Source of the DNA: Thermoanaerobaculia bacterium
Lineage (GTDB): Bacteria > Acidobacteriota > Thermoanaerobaculia > Multivoradales > UBA5704
Length of the DNA: 64,000 nt
Direction: 5' to 3'
Assembly: GCA_036503335.1 (NCBI GenBank)
Contig: DASXXC010000248.1
Span: 11,748 to 75,747, forward strand
Below are positions 1 through 9,096 of the stretch, in pieces. A model generated the notes under the pieces. It did no database searches. It was not told the DNA's origin and saw only the letters and a list, made by a program, of their open reading frames with translations. A program made the position numbers and the translations under genes. Within the stretch, counting starts at the first letter, position 1. Every line of letters starts with the position of its first letter.

Positions 1-986
1 TGGGGCTCCGCTTCCCGGATCTCGCGGCGGAGCTGCCGGGGTATCGCAAGGCGGCCGAGGGGGAGATGGGCGAGCTGGGGCTGCGCATCCTCTTCCGCCA
101 GGATCTCAAGAGCCGGGAGCGGGCTGACGCCGCCGCGGCGGGCTGGGGAGGGGACCGCTTCGCCGTCTACGAGAAGGGCGGCGGCCGGCTGGTCGTCTGG
201 ATCACCGAGTGGGATACCGAGGCGGACGCGGGAGAGTTCGGGAGCGCGCTCCAGGGAGTGACAGGGTGGCGGGTCGAGGGGGCTGGTCCCACCCGCGTGC
301 TGGCCGTCCGGGGCAGCTTGCCGGACGAGGCCTGGGCGAAGGTCCGGACGCGGCTGGCGGCGGTGACGGCGGAGCGGCCGGCCAACCAGAGGATCGACCT
401 CAAGGCGATCGGGGCCAAGCCGGCGGAGCTGGATGAGGAATCCCTGAAGAAGCTGCGGGAACGCTTGGAGGCGGAGGGCCCGGACGATCTCAAGAAGGAG
501 AAGGCGGGTGGTATGCGCGGCGAGGACGGCCGCTCCTACACCAACCCCCTGGTGGGCTTCTCCATCCGGATTCCGGAGCCGCTTCAGGGCTGGAAATTGA
601 AGACCAAGATCGCCGATCCCCAGTCCCTGCTGACGATCGCCGATCCGGAATCGACGATCTACATCTCCGTGGGATATCAGCCGCTCCAGGCGGGCGTCGC
701 GGCGGACTCCATGTGGGACATGGTGGAGCTGGGCATCAAAGCCGCGATGCCGGGGTACAAGAAGATGCGGCAAGAGGACGGCGAGCGGCCGGGGTACAAA
801 TTCCAGGATCGCTGGTTCACGGTGACGGTGGACGGCAACGAGCTGAACGGCGTGCTGCGGTTCGTGGGGAGGGGCTCGCAGGCCTTCTTCCTCCTCGCCA
901 TGGGGAAGGCGGAGCTCTGGGAGACGCTGCGGCCCTCGGCGCTCTCCGTGCTGGACACCTTCACCCTGTTCGAGCCGAAGAAGTAG
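1..986 (+). CDS. hypothetical protein (5' end probably outside window)
   Basis: Frame 3 is open from the window edge to TAG at 984-986. The first in-window ATG is at 66 (ORF track 66..986). Composition is non-repetitive and protein-like. No family recognised by eye. Confidence 0.6.
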   Translation, partial: GLRFPDLAAELPGYRKAAEGEMGELGLRILFRQDLKSRERADAAAAGWGGDRFAVYEKGGGRLVVWITEWDTEADAGEFGSALQGVTGWRVEGAGPTRVLAVRGSLPDEAWAKVRTRLAAVTAERPANQRIDLKAIGAKPAELDEESLKKLRERLEAEGPDDLKKEKAGGMRGEDGRSYTNPLVGFSIRIPEPLQGWKLKTKIADPQSLLTIADPESTIYISVGYQPLQAGVAADSMWDMVELGIKAAMPGYKKMRQEDGERPGYKFQDRWFTVTVDGNELNGVLRFVGRGSQAFFLLAMGKAELWETLRPSALSVLDTFTLFEPKK

Positions 987-988
987 GC

Positions 989-2332
989 CTACTCCTCCTC
1001 GCGCGGCACCGTCTCCGGCTGGTGGACGGTGATGCGGAGGGTGGCAACCCGGTTGAGCTGGACCTCCAGGACCTCGATCGTCACCGGTCCCAGCTCGACG
1101 CAATCCCCCACGGCGGGGTTCCGCCCCAGCTCGGAGAGCACGACGCCGCCGATGGTGTCCTCGTCGCGCTCGGACAGCTCGACGCCGAGCGCCTCCTCCA
1201 GGTCCTCGACCAGCATGCCGCCGGAGACCTGGTAGACCCCCTCCCCCTTCTCGACCAGCTCCGGCTTCTCGACGTCGAACTCGTCCTGGATCGAGCCGAC
1301 GATCTCCTCGATCACGTCCTCCAGGGTGACGATCCCGGAGACGCCGCCGTATTCGTCGATCACCGCGGCCAGATGGAAGCGCTCGGTGCGCATGCGCTTG
1401 AGCAGGCGGTCGAGCTCCAGGGTCTCGGGGACGAAGGCGATCTCGCGCGCCACCTCGGGTAACGCGGTGAGCGGGCGCTCGCGATGGAAGATGTCCTTGA
1501 TGTGGATCAGGCCGATGACGTGGTCGAGATCCCCGTCGCAGAGGGGGAAGCGGGTGTGGCCGCTACGGCGGGCCAGCCGCAGGTTCTCCGCCAGAGGGCG
1601 CTGGGTCGAGAGGTAGACCACGTCCTGGCGGGGGAGCATGATCTGCCGCGCCACCCGGTGCGACAGCTCGAAGATGTTGTCGAGGAGCTCGCGCTTCTGG
1701 GTCGAGAGCTGGCTCTCCTTGGAGGAGGAGAGGAGCAGCCGCAGCTCCTCCTCGTCGTGAGCCAGCTCACCCTCGGCCGCCGGGGTGACACCGATCAGCC
1801 TGAGCAGCCGGTTGGCGGAGTGGTTCAGCAGCCAGATCGCCGGATAGGTGATTTTGTAGAAGGCATAGAGGGGGAAGGCGATCAACAGCGCCGTCCCCTC
1901 GGCCCTGCGGATCGCCAGGGTCTTGGGCGCCTGCTCTCCCAGCACGATGTGCAGGACGGTGATGACCAGGAACGAGATCGTCAGGCTGATCGTATGGACG
2001 AGGTCGGGGTTGTTCCCCGCGACCAGGGAGACCGCCGGGCCGACGATCCAGGAGAAGGCCGGCTCGCCCACCCAGCCGAGCGCCAGGCTCGCCAGGGTGA
2101 TGCCGAGCTGGGTGGCCGAGAGATAGGCGTCGAGATGGCGGATCATGTGCCGCGCCATCCGCGCCCGGCGCGACCCCTCGCCGATGAGCGGCTCGAGCTG
2201 GGTGGGCCGCACCTTGACCAGGGCGAACTCGGCGGCGACGAAGAAGCCGTTGATCGCGACCAGCAGCAGGCCGAGAGCCATCCCCCAGCCGGGAGTCAGC
2301 GCGAAGCGGGTCATCCCCGTTCCTCCGGGCAC
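989..2332 (-). CDS. CNNM/CorC-HlyC family membrane protein (DUF21 + CBS pair + CorC_HlyC)
   Basis: N-terminal DUF21 helices (INGFFVAAEFALVKVR, ATQLGITLASLALGW), a central CBS pair, and a C-terminal CorC_HlyC-like region (YQVSGGMLVEDLEEALG). The start may be the internal MTRF at 2314. Confidence 0.9.
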   Translation of the reverse strand: MPGGTGMTRFALTPGWGMALGLLLVAINGFFVAAEFALVKVRPTQLEPLIGEGSRRARMARHMIRHLDAYLSATQLGITLASLALGWVGEPAFSWIVGPAVSLVAGNNPDLVHTISLTISFLVITVLHIVLGEQAPKTLAIRRAEGTALLIAFPLYAFYKITYPAIWLLNHSANRLLRLIGVTPAAEGELAHDEEELRLLLSSSKESQLSTQKRELLDNIFELSHRVARQIMLPRQDVVYLSTQRPLAENLRLARRSGHTRFPLCDGDLDHVIGLIHIKDIFHRERPLTALPEVAREIAFVPETLELDRLLKRMRTERFHLAAVIDEYGGVSGIVTLEDVIEEIVGSIQDEFDVEKPELVEKGEGVYQVSGGMLVEDLEEALGVELSERDEDTIGGVVLSELGRNPAVGDCVELGPVTIEVLEVQLNRVATLRITVHQPETVPREEE

Positions 2333-2462
2333 ACTCTTTCCCCAGGGCCTGTGAATCGGGGTTGCTGGAGGCCGGAGGAGAAGGGGTGGGTAGCGCGTCT
2401 AGGCGGGTCGTCTTTCAAGGCCAACCGATTTTACCACAGCCGGTTTTATGAGCTGGAGAGGC

Positions 2463-3593
2463 TCAGATCTGGAGCGCCGATTCGTACACCTCCCGGTACG
2501 CCGCGCACATAGCGGCGAAGGCGAAGCGCTCCTCGGCCCGGCGGCGGTTGAGGGCTCCGAGACGGCGGCGGGTTTGCAGGTCACGGGCGAGGGCGGCGAT
2601 GCGGCTGCCCAGGGCCCCGGCGGTGCCGGCGCCGTTCACCGGGACGAGGAACGGGGCCTGCTCCTCGGGGAGCATGGCGCGGACATCCCCCACGTCGGTC
2701 GAGGCGACCGGGAGCCCCGAGGCCATGGCTTCCACCAGACAGAGCGGCATCTGCTCGCTATCCGAGGAGAGGGCGAAGAGGTCCATCGCCCGGTACCAGG
2801 GGGCGGGATCGGCCTGGTAGCCGGCGAAATGGACCCGTCCGGCGAGGTCCGGCTCCGCCGCCCGGCGCTCCAGGACAGGGCGGTCTTCGCCGTCGCCGAC
2901 CACCAGGAGATGCACCTCCCTGGCGGCGGCGCAGGCGTCGAGCAGGCGGTGGAAGTTCTTCACCGGCCGCAGGCTCCCCACCGTCCCCACCACCGTCGCG
3001 CCGGCCGGGATCCCCAGACGGGCGCGTGTCTCCGGCCCGCTCTCCCCCGGGGTGAAGCGGTCGAGGGGGATGCCGTTGGGGATCAGCCGGACCTTGTCCT
3101 CCGGGACCTTCCAGAGGCCGGTGGCGATCGAGCGCAGGCGCTGCGAGGGGACGACGAGGCGGTGCGCGCCGGGGAGCACCACCCGGCGGGCGAGGACGCG
3201 GCGCATCTTGAAGCTCTCCGCCTCGTCCTCGTTGAACCCCTCCTCGTGATGGACCAGGCGCCGGAATCCCGACCCGCGGGCGGCCAGCAGCATGTCGAAC
3301 GCCCCCCAGTTGTAGGTCAGGACGAGGTCCGGCCCGGTCTCGGCCAGCAGCCGCCGGAGCCGCCGGGCGGTGGCGAGCGAGCCGGCCCGGGGAGGGCTCG
3401 GCAGCAGCGTCACGTCGGCCTCCGGGGGGAGGCGCTCGGCGGCGCTGGTGCGGCCGTCCATGGAGAGGATCGAATGCCGGAACCGCGCCCCGAAGGCGCC
3501 GATCAGCGCCACGGTGCGCAGCTCCGGCCCGGTGGGGACGAAGTTGGAGAAGACGTGGAGGAGGTGGGGGACCCTAGGGGTGAGGGTTGCCAT
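2463..3593 (-). CDS. glycosyltransferase, GT4 (GT-B fold)
   Basis: 376-aa ORF. The C-terminal half has the GT4 pattern (GSLRPVKN, LLVVGDGEDR, SDSEQMPLCLVEAMASGLPVASTDVGD). Confidence 0.85.
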   Translation of the reverse strand: MATLTPRVPHLLHVFSNFVPTGPELRTVALIGAFGARFRHSILSMDGRTSAAERLPPEADVTLLPSPPRAGSLATARRLRRLLAETGPDLVLTYNWGAFDMLLAARGSGFRRLVHHEEGFNEDEAESFKMRRVLARRVVLPGAHRLVVPSQRLRSIATGLWKVPEDKVRLIPNGIPLDRFTPGESGPETRARLGIPAGATVVGTVGSLRPVKNFHRLLDACAAAREVHLLVVGDGEDRPVLERRAAEPDLAGRVHFAGYQADPAPWYRAMDLFALSSDSEQMPLCLVEAMASGLPVASTDVGDVRAMLPEEQAPFLVPVNGAGTAGALGSRIAALARDLQTRRRLGALNRRRAEERFAFAAMCAAYREVYESALQI

Positions 3594-5862
3594 AGATCCG
3601 CACCGTGCGGTCCAGAAACTCCTCCCGTTCCTCCACCGGCCGCCAGCCCAGCCTCTCGCGGGCCAGGCGGGAGCTGAAGGGGACCGCCAGCGACCGGGTC
3701 TTGAGATCTCTGTACGAGGGGAAGGTCACGCCCGGCCGGCGGCCGGCCTTCTTGACGATCCACTTGCCGATCTCCATGGTCTGGCTGAGCCACAGGGGAC
3801 GCGGATGGAAGTGGAGGTCGCGGCCGGTGGCCCAGCGCATCTCCTGGACGATCTCGCGGGCCGAGAGCGGCGCTCTGGAGCACAGGTTGAGCGCCTGGCC
3901 GTCCAGATCGTGCCCGGGGTAGAGGGCCAGGAGCGCCAGGGCCTCGGCCACGTCGTCCACGTCCACCACCGGCAGCGGATGCTCGCCCAGGCCCCAGCCC
4001 ACGCAGTGATTGTCCCGCACCCAGAGGCCGAGGCCGCTGTGCTGGAGAGGTGTCCCCTCGCCGAGCACCACGCCCGGACGCACGATCACCAGCGGCAGGC
4101 CGCGCCGGCGGTGGAGATCCAGCAGGCGGCGCTCGGCCTCCATCTTGCCCCGGCTGTAGATCTCGCGCCCCTCCGGGGAGGGGTCGGTCTGGAGCTCGTC
4201 GTCGATCACGCTCGTGCCGCGGTCGGGGCCGGCGTAGAGGGCGGCGATCGAGGAGACGTAGACGAAGCGCTCGACTCCGGCGGCGAGCGCCGCCTCGGCC
4301 ACGTCGACCGACCCCTGGATCATCGAGCGCTCGATCTTCTCCCAGGAATCGCCGCCGCCGGTCGCCAGATGGAGGACCGTCTTCGTCCCCTTCAAGGCCG
4401 CCGCCAGCGCCTCGCCGTCCTCCAGCCGGCCGGGCACCAGACGCAGACGGCCGTCCCGCGCGGCCTCGGTGAGAACGGCGGGGAGGCTGTGCGCGCGGCG
4501 CACCACGGCGGTCACGGGGAGCCCCCGCTCCACCAGCTTCGCCACCACCCGGCGGCCGATGAAGCCAGTGCCGCCGAGCACCACCACCTCGTCCGGCCGC
4601 GCCGGGCCCGGCTCCGGCAGGCGCGCCTGGGACGCAGCCGCCTTCCGGCCGCGCGCGGCCTCGGCGGCGGTGGCGGCAACCCCGGCGATCGCCTCGCACC
4701 AGTCGAGCACCTCGGACGCCTGGGCGCCGTCCACCGGCAGGGGCTTGCCCGTTCGAAGGGCGTCGTAGAAGGCCTGGACCGAGCCGCGCATGCCGGCGAA
4801 GTAGCTGTCCATGCGGCGGCCCATCCCGAGGGTGAAGCGGGCGTAGCGCGCGACTCCCGCCGCCGCTCCCCGGGAGAGGGCGCGCGAGCGGCGCCATCCC
4901 GCCAGGAAGCTGTTCCAGAACTCCAGCCAGGGGGTCTTCTCCTCGTACGAGAAGAGGTTGTGGCCGAGGTCGGCCTCCGCCGAGCCGTCCGAGCCGAGCA
5001 CCTCCAGGGTCCAGCGGTTGAACCCCTGGCCGAACGCCAGGTAGATCTCCGCAGTCCCCTTCTCGCCGCGGGCCGCCACCAGCCAGCGGTCGTGGAAGAC
5101 CTGGCCGGGGTGGAGCTCGCGGGTGCCGAGGATGGTGGTCTTGGCCTCGCGCACGGCGCCGATCAGGCAGTGGAGCTGGGAGAGCGGGTGGGGCGCCTGC
5201 TCGAAGACGATGTTCTCGGGGGAGCGGAACATCCAGTGCGAGAAGTCCCCCGCCTCGAGCTGGGCCAGCGGCACCGAGAGGCAGACCCGCACGTGCTCCA
5301 CCTTGCCGATCCGTCCGGCCCGTACGTGGTCGAGCAGTTGGACGAAGGCGGGGTGCCAGACGTTGTTGTGATTCACCCCCAGAGGGAGACCCAGCCGGTC
5401 GGCCAGCGCCTGGAGCTCGCGGGAATCGGCGCTCGCCAGCGCCACCGGCTTCTCGACCAGGACGCCGATCCCCATCTCCAGCAGCTCGCGGGTGACCTTC
5501 ACGTGGAGGTCGGGCGGCACCAGGACGTGGGCGACGTCGATCGCCAGGTCGCCGAGCTCCTGGACCGAGCCGACGGCGTTGGGGATGCCCCACTGGCGGG
5601 CGGCGGCGCGGGCCCGCCCGGCGTCGGCGTCGCACACCGCCACCAGATTGACCCCCGGCGTCTCGGCCAGGATGTCGCGGTGGAACTGGGCCACGTAGCC
5701 GGCGCCGACGAGAGCGACCCGGAGGTTGCCCTTCCGGGTGGCGGAGGTGATTTTCGCCGCCGTGGGGGCCGGCGCGGCGTCCTGGAGGCGCGGCCCGCCG
5801 TCGAGCGCGGGCGTGGCGCTCCGCAGGACGGGCCGCATCGTCTCGGTCTCAGAGAGGTCCAT
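3574..5862 (-). CDS. bifunctional Gfo/Idh/MocA oxidoreductase - NAD-dependent epimerase/dehydratase (SDR) fusion
   Basis: One continuous 762-aa ORF. The N-terminal part is a Gfo/Idh/MocA Rossmann fold (VALVGAGYVAQFH, VLVEKPVA). An Ala/Arg-rich linker follows. The C-terminal part is an extended SDR (VVVLGGTGFIGRRV, FVYVSSIAALY). Confidence 0.85.
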   Translation of the reverse strand: MDLSETETMRPVLRSATPALDGGPRLQDAAPAPTAAKITSATRKGNLRVALVGAGYVAQFHRDILAETPGVNLVAVCDADAGRARAAARQWGIPNAVGSVQELGDLAIDVAHVLVPPDLHVKVTRELLEMGIGVLVEKPVALASADSRELQALADRLGLPLGVNHNNVWHPAFVQLLDHVRAGRIGKVEHVRVCLSVPLAQLEAGDFSHWMFRSPENIVFEQAPHPLSQLHCLIGAVREAKTTILGTRELHPGQVFHDRWLVAARGEKGTAEIYLAFGQGFNRWTLEVLGSDGSAEADLGHNLFSYEEKTPWLEFWNSFLAGWRRSRALSRGAAAGVARYARFTLGMGRRMDSYFAGMRGSVQAFYDALRTGKPLPVDGAQASEVLDWCEAIAGVAATAAEAARGRKAAASQARLPEPGPARPDEVVVLGGTGFIGRRVVAKLVERGLPVTAVVRRAHSLPAVLTEAARDGRLRLVPGRLEDGEALAAALKGTKTVLHLATGGGDSWEKIERSMIQGSVDVAEAALAAGVERFVYVSSIAALYAGPDRGTSVIDDELQTDPSPEGREIYSRGKMEAERRLLDLHRRRGLPLVIVRPGVVLGEGTPLQHSGLGLWVRDNHCVGWGLGEHPLPVVDVDDVAEALALLALYPGHDLDGQALNLCSRAPLSAREIVQEMRWATGRDLHFHPRPLWLSQTMEIGKWIVKKAGRRPGVTFPSYRDLKTRSLAVPFSSRLARERLGWRPVEEREEFLDRTVRIYGNPHP

Positions 5863-6775
5863 ATCCGTATCTCCGGTTCAGGGGAGCGACGAGCCTGTCG
5901 ATGGTGGTCATCTGCTCCGGAGTCAAAGCCTTTTTCCAGCTCTCGTCCAGGCGGATCTCGGAGGTGGAGGAGAGGCGCATGTCATTGCCGATGATGTGAT
6001 GGTCGACGGCGCGGAAGTTGTGGAAGCCGTTGCGGGATGGGATGCCGGCGAAGGCGTGGATCCGGCGCAGCGTCCCGTCGGGATCGGCGCAGAGGTCCTC
6101 GTAACGCAGGCTCATCCACTTGTGCGCCGGGAAGTAACGGCGGGCGTGCTCGGATCCCCGGTTGTCGGCGAGCCAGGAGAGCGCCGCCGCCTCGGGGCCG
6201 ATCTTCAGGTGCTTCATCGACGACCAGGAGACGGCCCGGCCGTCGCGCACCAGGTGGATCACCCGCAGGTCGAACTTCCCGGAGCGCTGCATGAGGGTGG
6301 CCCGCTCGGGCCGCTTGGAGCTGTCGAGGAAGACGTCGCACCCCTTGATGCGGAGGACGATCTCGGCCAGCGAGTCGATCCTGGAGACGATGCGGTCCCG
6401 CTCGCGGCGGGCTCTGGGGACGATCTGGAGGCCGACGTCACGGGCCGTTTCGAGCACCGGTCCCCGCTGTACCGCCCGCAGGAGCACGTCGGCGATTCCG
6501 CCCTCGGGGACGCGGAAGTCGAGGTCGGCGTCCCAGATGTCGAAGTCATGCCCCCGCGCGGCCATCTCGCGCGAGACGCGCTGCCAGAAGCCGCAGTCGC
6601 GGACCGGCGTGCGGCAGGAGCAGAAGTATTGCTCCGGCCGGCCGAATTCCTCCTTGGCCAGGGGCGCGATGCCGAGCTCGCCGATGGTGGCGATCTGCGG
6701 ATGCGTGCTCAGTAGAAAGGTCAGGAGCGTCGAGCCCGAATAGCCGTGCCCCATGATGTAGACGACTCTTGTCAT
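5849..6775 (-). CDS. sulfotransferase family protein
   Basis: PAPS 5'-phosphosulfate loop-like GHGYSGSTLL and 3'-phosphate motif-like HLVRDGRAVSWS. Start set at ATG 6775 (MTRVVYIMG), preceded by GGGAGA. The ORF-track start at 6841 adds an unlikely basic extension. Confidence 0.8.
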   Translation of the reverse strand: MTRVVYIMGHGYSGSTLLTFLLSTHPQIATIGELGIAPLAKEEFGRPEQYFCSCRTPVRDCGFWQRVSREMAARGHDFDIWDADLDFRVPEGGIADVLLRAVQRGPVLETARDVGLQIVPRARRERDRIVSRIDSLAEIVLRIKGCDVFLDSSKRPERATLMQRSGKFDLRVIHLVRDGRAVSWSSMKHLKIGPEAAALSWLADNRGSEHARRYFPAHKWMSLRYEDLCADPDGTLRRIHAFAGIPSRNGFHNFRAVDHHIIGNDMRLSSTSEIRLDESWKKALTPEQMTTIDRLVAPLNRRYGYGPL

Positions 6776-6841
6776 CAGTGATCTCCCGCCGCTACGAATA
6801 CAGCGCTGCCGTTGCCAAGCGTTGTGCAGAAGGCGTGCCAT

Positions 6842-9058
6842 TCACTTTTCAGGATGGGGTGGCGGACCCGCGAAGCTGAAGAGCGCGGCTTCCGTGGCCT
6901 GGATGCGGAACCGGAAGTGATTGCCGTCCAGGAGCTTGCGGCCGGTCCGCTCGTCGCGGACGTCGCGGATGGGAGCGGCCAGGCGGACCTCGATGGAGAC
7001 CTCCCCTCCGGTCAGCCCGGCGGCTCCGCCACCCCCGGTGGTCCGGCCGGCGATCGGTACGTTTTGCAGCACGAAGACGTACGTGCGGCCCCCTTTCGAC
7101 CAATAGGCCGCCTCCAGGGGGAGGGGCCGGTCGCCGCTCGCGGCGATCCAGGGAGCCACGCCGGCCCCGCGGATCGGGTCGAGGAACGGGCGCCGGCGCT
7201 CCTCGTCCCCCCGGCCCTCCTCACGCTCCATGAGATAGCGCTGCGGCGAGAGATTGAGATAGACGGCCCGCCCCTTGCCCACCCGCCGCTCCGTGCCCAC
7301 CGCCAGCTTCCGCTCGGCCACGGCGTACCCTTTCCGGAGCGGAGGCTGGAGGGTCGCGAAGAGATCGCGCCAGCGGCGGAAGCCATAGCCGGCGTCCTGG
7401 TTGGTCTCCACCCAGAGGCGGCCGGCGAAGAAGTCGCTCCGGGTCTCGCCGCCGTCATGCTCCACGCCGAAGAGGCCGTCGAGGGCGCCGCGCCTCCTCC
7501 CCCGGCCGTGCTGGTCGAAGAGGCCGCAGCCGAAGTCGGCGATCACCGTCCCGCCGGCCCGGGCGAACTCGGCGATCCGCCGGGCCTCGGCGTCCGAGAG
7601 GGCATAGACGGCGGGGAGGATCAGCACCCGGTATCCGGACGGCACGCCGTGCAGGGCCACGTCGTCGTAGGAGAGGAAGTCGTAGCGCAGCCCGGCGTCG
7701 GCCAGCATCGTCTCCCAGGCCTGGCGCACGTTGTGGGAGGTGCCGAGCCGGAAGTCGTCGTTGCGGTTGGCCCAGGTCTTTCCGTGGGCTTCGGCGTCCA
7801 GCATCCAGGAGACCTGGATCGAGGGGTGGGAGTAGTAGATCGCGACGCCGTCGTGGAGCGAGCGGGCGCCGGCCAGCTTGGGCCCCTGGACCTGCCCCAG
7901 CTCCTGAAGGACCGGCTTGAAGCGGTCGAGCCAGGGGCGGGGGCGCTCCCCCTCGAACCAGCTCCCGTCGACCCAGCCGATCATCCCCCGGTCGCCGTGG
8001 GCGAAATAGTGCCAGGCGAGCCAGACGTCCTGGTCCGTGCCCCGAGTCTCATCATGAAAATGGGTGGTCACCCGCGGGGCCGTGTTGTCGCGGTCGAAGG
8101 AGCGGAGGATCTCGTGAGAGGAGCCGAGGTCGTAGGCCTCGATGAATTGGACCTTCTTCGCCAGCTTGGCGTAGTCGAAGCCCCCCCAGAGCCCCGGGCC
8201 CTGGGCGCCCACCACGCCGCAGGGGGTCTCGGGGTCCTCCCGGTTGCAGCGCTCGACGAGCTCGCCCAGGAGGTTGGCCCAGACCGAGTCGTTGTAGCTC
8301 ATCCGGTCGAGCAGCGGCGAGAGGTCGATCTCCTTCAGCGGCTTCGCGAGCTGGGGGAAGAGGTCGGCGGGGGTGACCCAACGGGCCTGGGGGGCGTTCT
8401 CACCGTAGTAGCTCTGCAGCCAGCGCTGGTAGGCCCCGTTGTCGCCGTTGATCCGCCAGACGGCGGGGCGGGAGAACGATCCCCAGGAGGCCTCGTCGTC
8501 GAGGGCGTAGGCGATCCGCACGGGGCTCCGCCGGATGTTTCGCACCCGCGCCGCCACCGTCTCCCCCAGGCGGTCGATCAGGGCGCGGTCGAGCGGCCGG
8601 GGGCGGACGGCGTTGGGATCGCGCAGCCGGGCGTCGAGGCCGTCGGGGTCCAGATAGAGGTCCCCTTTGCCGGCCGTGTGGTCGTTGTAGAAGCGGAGGT
8701 GCCAGCGCTCCAGCCAGTCGAGGGGCCCCTCGCCGTGATCGGTCATGCCGCCGTTGATGCCGAAATCCCGGCAGAACCGTCCTCCCGCCTCCCCGGTGCC
8801 GATCGTCCACTGGTAGCGCCAGGGCATGTAGATCCAGGTGTCCCAGCGCTTGGCGGCCACCTTGCGGACGGGGCGGAATTCGGGGGCTTGGCGGAGGTAG
8901 GCGAGGTAGGCGCTCTCGGAGCGCTCCTGCGGCTCGGCCTGCGTGCAGGCCAGGGCGAGGCCGAGGAGGGGGAGGAGGCAGAGGCGGTGCACGGGGGAGG
9001 GCGCGGTGCGAGATGCGTGCCGGAAAGGTTGGCGCCCCTTCGCGATGATAAGGGTCAA
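6842..9058 (-). CDS. secreted lipoprotein, GH42-like / beta-galactosidase trimerisation-domain protein (function uncertain)
   Basis: Lipobox LLGLALAC near the N-terminus. The segment VLILPAVYALSDAEARRIAEFARAGGTVIADFG resembles the GH42 trimerisation (GATase-like) domain. The start is ambiguous (TTG 9058 or GTG 8992). Confidence 0.7.
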   Translation of the reverse strand: MTLIIAKGRQPFRHASRTAPSPVHRLCLLPLLGLALACTQAEPQERSESAYLAYLRQAPEFRPVRKVAAKRWDTWIYMPWRYQWTIGTGEAGGRFCRDFGINGGMTDHGEGPLDWLERWHLRFYNDHTAGKGDLYLDPDGLDARLRDPNAVRPRPLDRALIDRLGETVAARVRNIRRSPVRIAYALDDEASWGSFSRPAVWRINGDNGAYQRWLQSYYGENAPQARWVTPADLFPQLAKPLKEIDLSPLLDRMSYNDSVWANLLGELVERCNREDPETPCGVVGAQGPGLWGGFDYAKLAKKVQFIEAYDLGSSHEILRSFDRDNTAPRVTTHFHDETRGTDQDVWLAWHYFAHGDRGMIGWVDGSWFEGERPRPWLDRFKPVLQELGQVQGPKLAGARSLHDGVAIYYSHPSIQVSWMLDAEAHGKTWANRNDDFRLGTSHNVRQAWETMLADAGLRYDFLSYDDVALHGVPSGYRVLILPAVYALSDAEARRIAEFARAGGTVIADFGCGLFDQHGRGRRRGALDGLFGVEHDGGETRSDFFAGRLWVETNQDAGYGFRRWRDLFATLQPPLRKGYAVAERKLAVGTERRVGKGRAVYLNLSPQRYLMEREEGRGDEERRRPFLDPIRGAGVAPWIAASGDRPLPLEAAYWSKGGRTYVFVLQNVPIAGRTTGGGGAAGLTGGEVSIEVRLAAPIRDVRDERTGRKLLDGNHFRFRIQATEAALFSFAGPPPHPEK

Positions 9059-9096
9059 CCTGCGGGGACGCCGAATTCTGGAATCCGGCTGGTGCT

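Noticed and set aside
3370-5994. Long ORFs 3370..5994 (+, 874 aa) and 3503..5635 (-, 710 aa) overlapping the oxidoreductase-SDR fusion gene
   Set aside because: The composition is extremely rich in Arg/Gly/Pro/Ala with no recognisable motif. These are typical shadow frames of a ~70% GC gene. The 3574..5862 (-) frame has clear Rossmann and SDR motifs.
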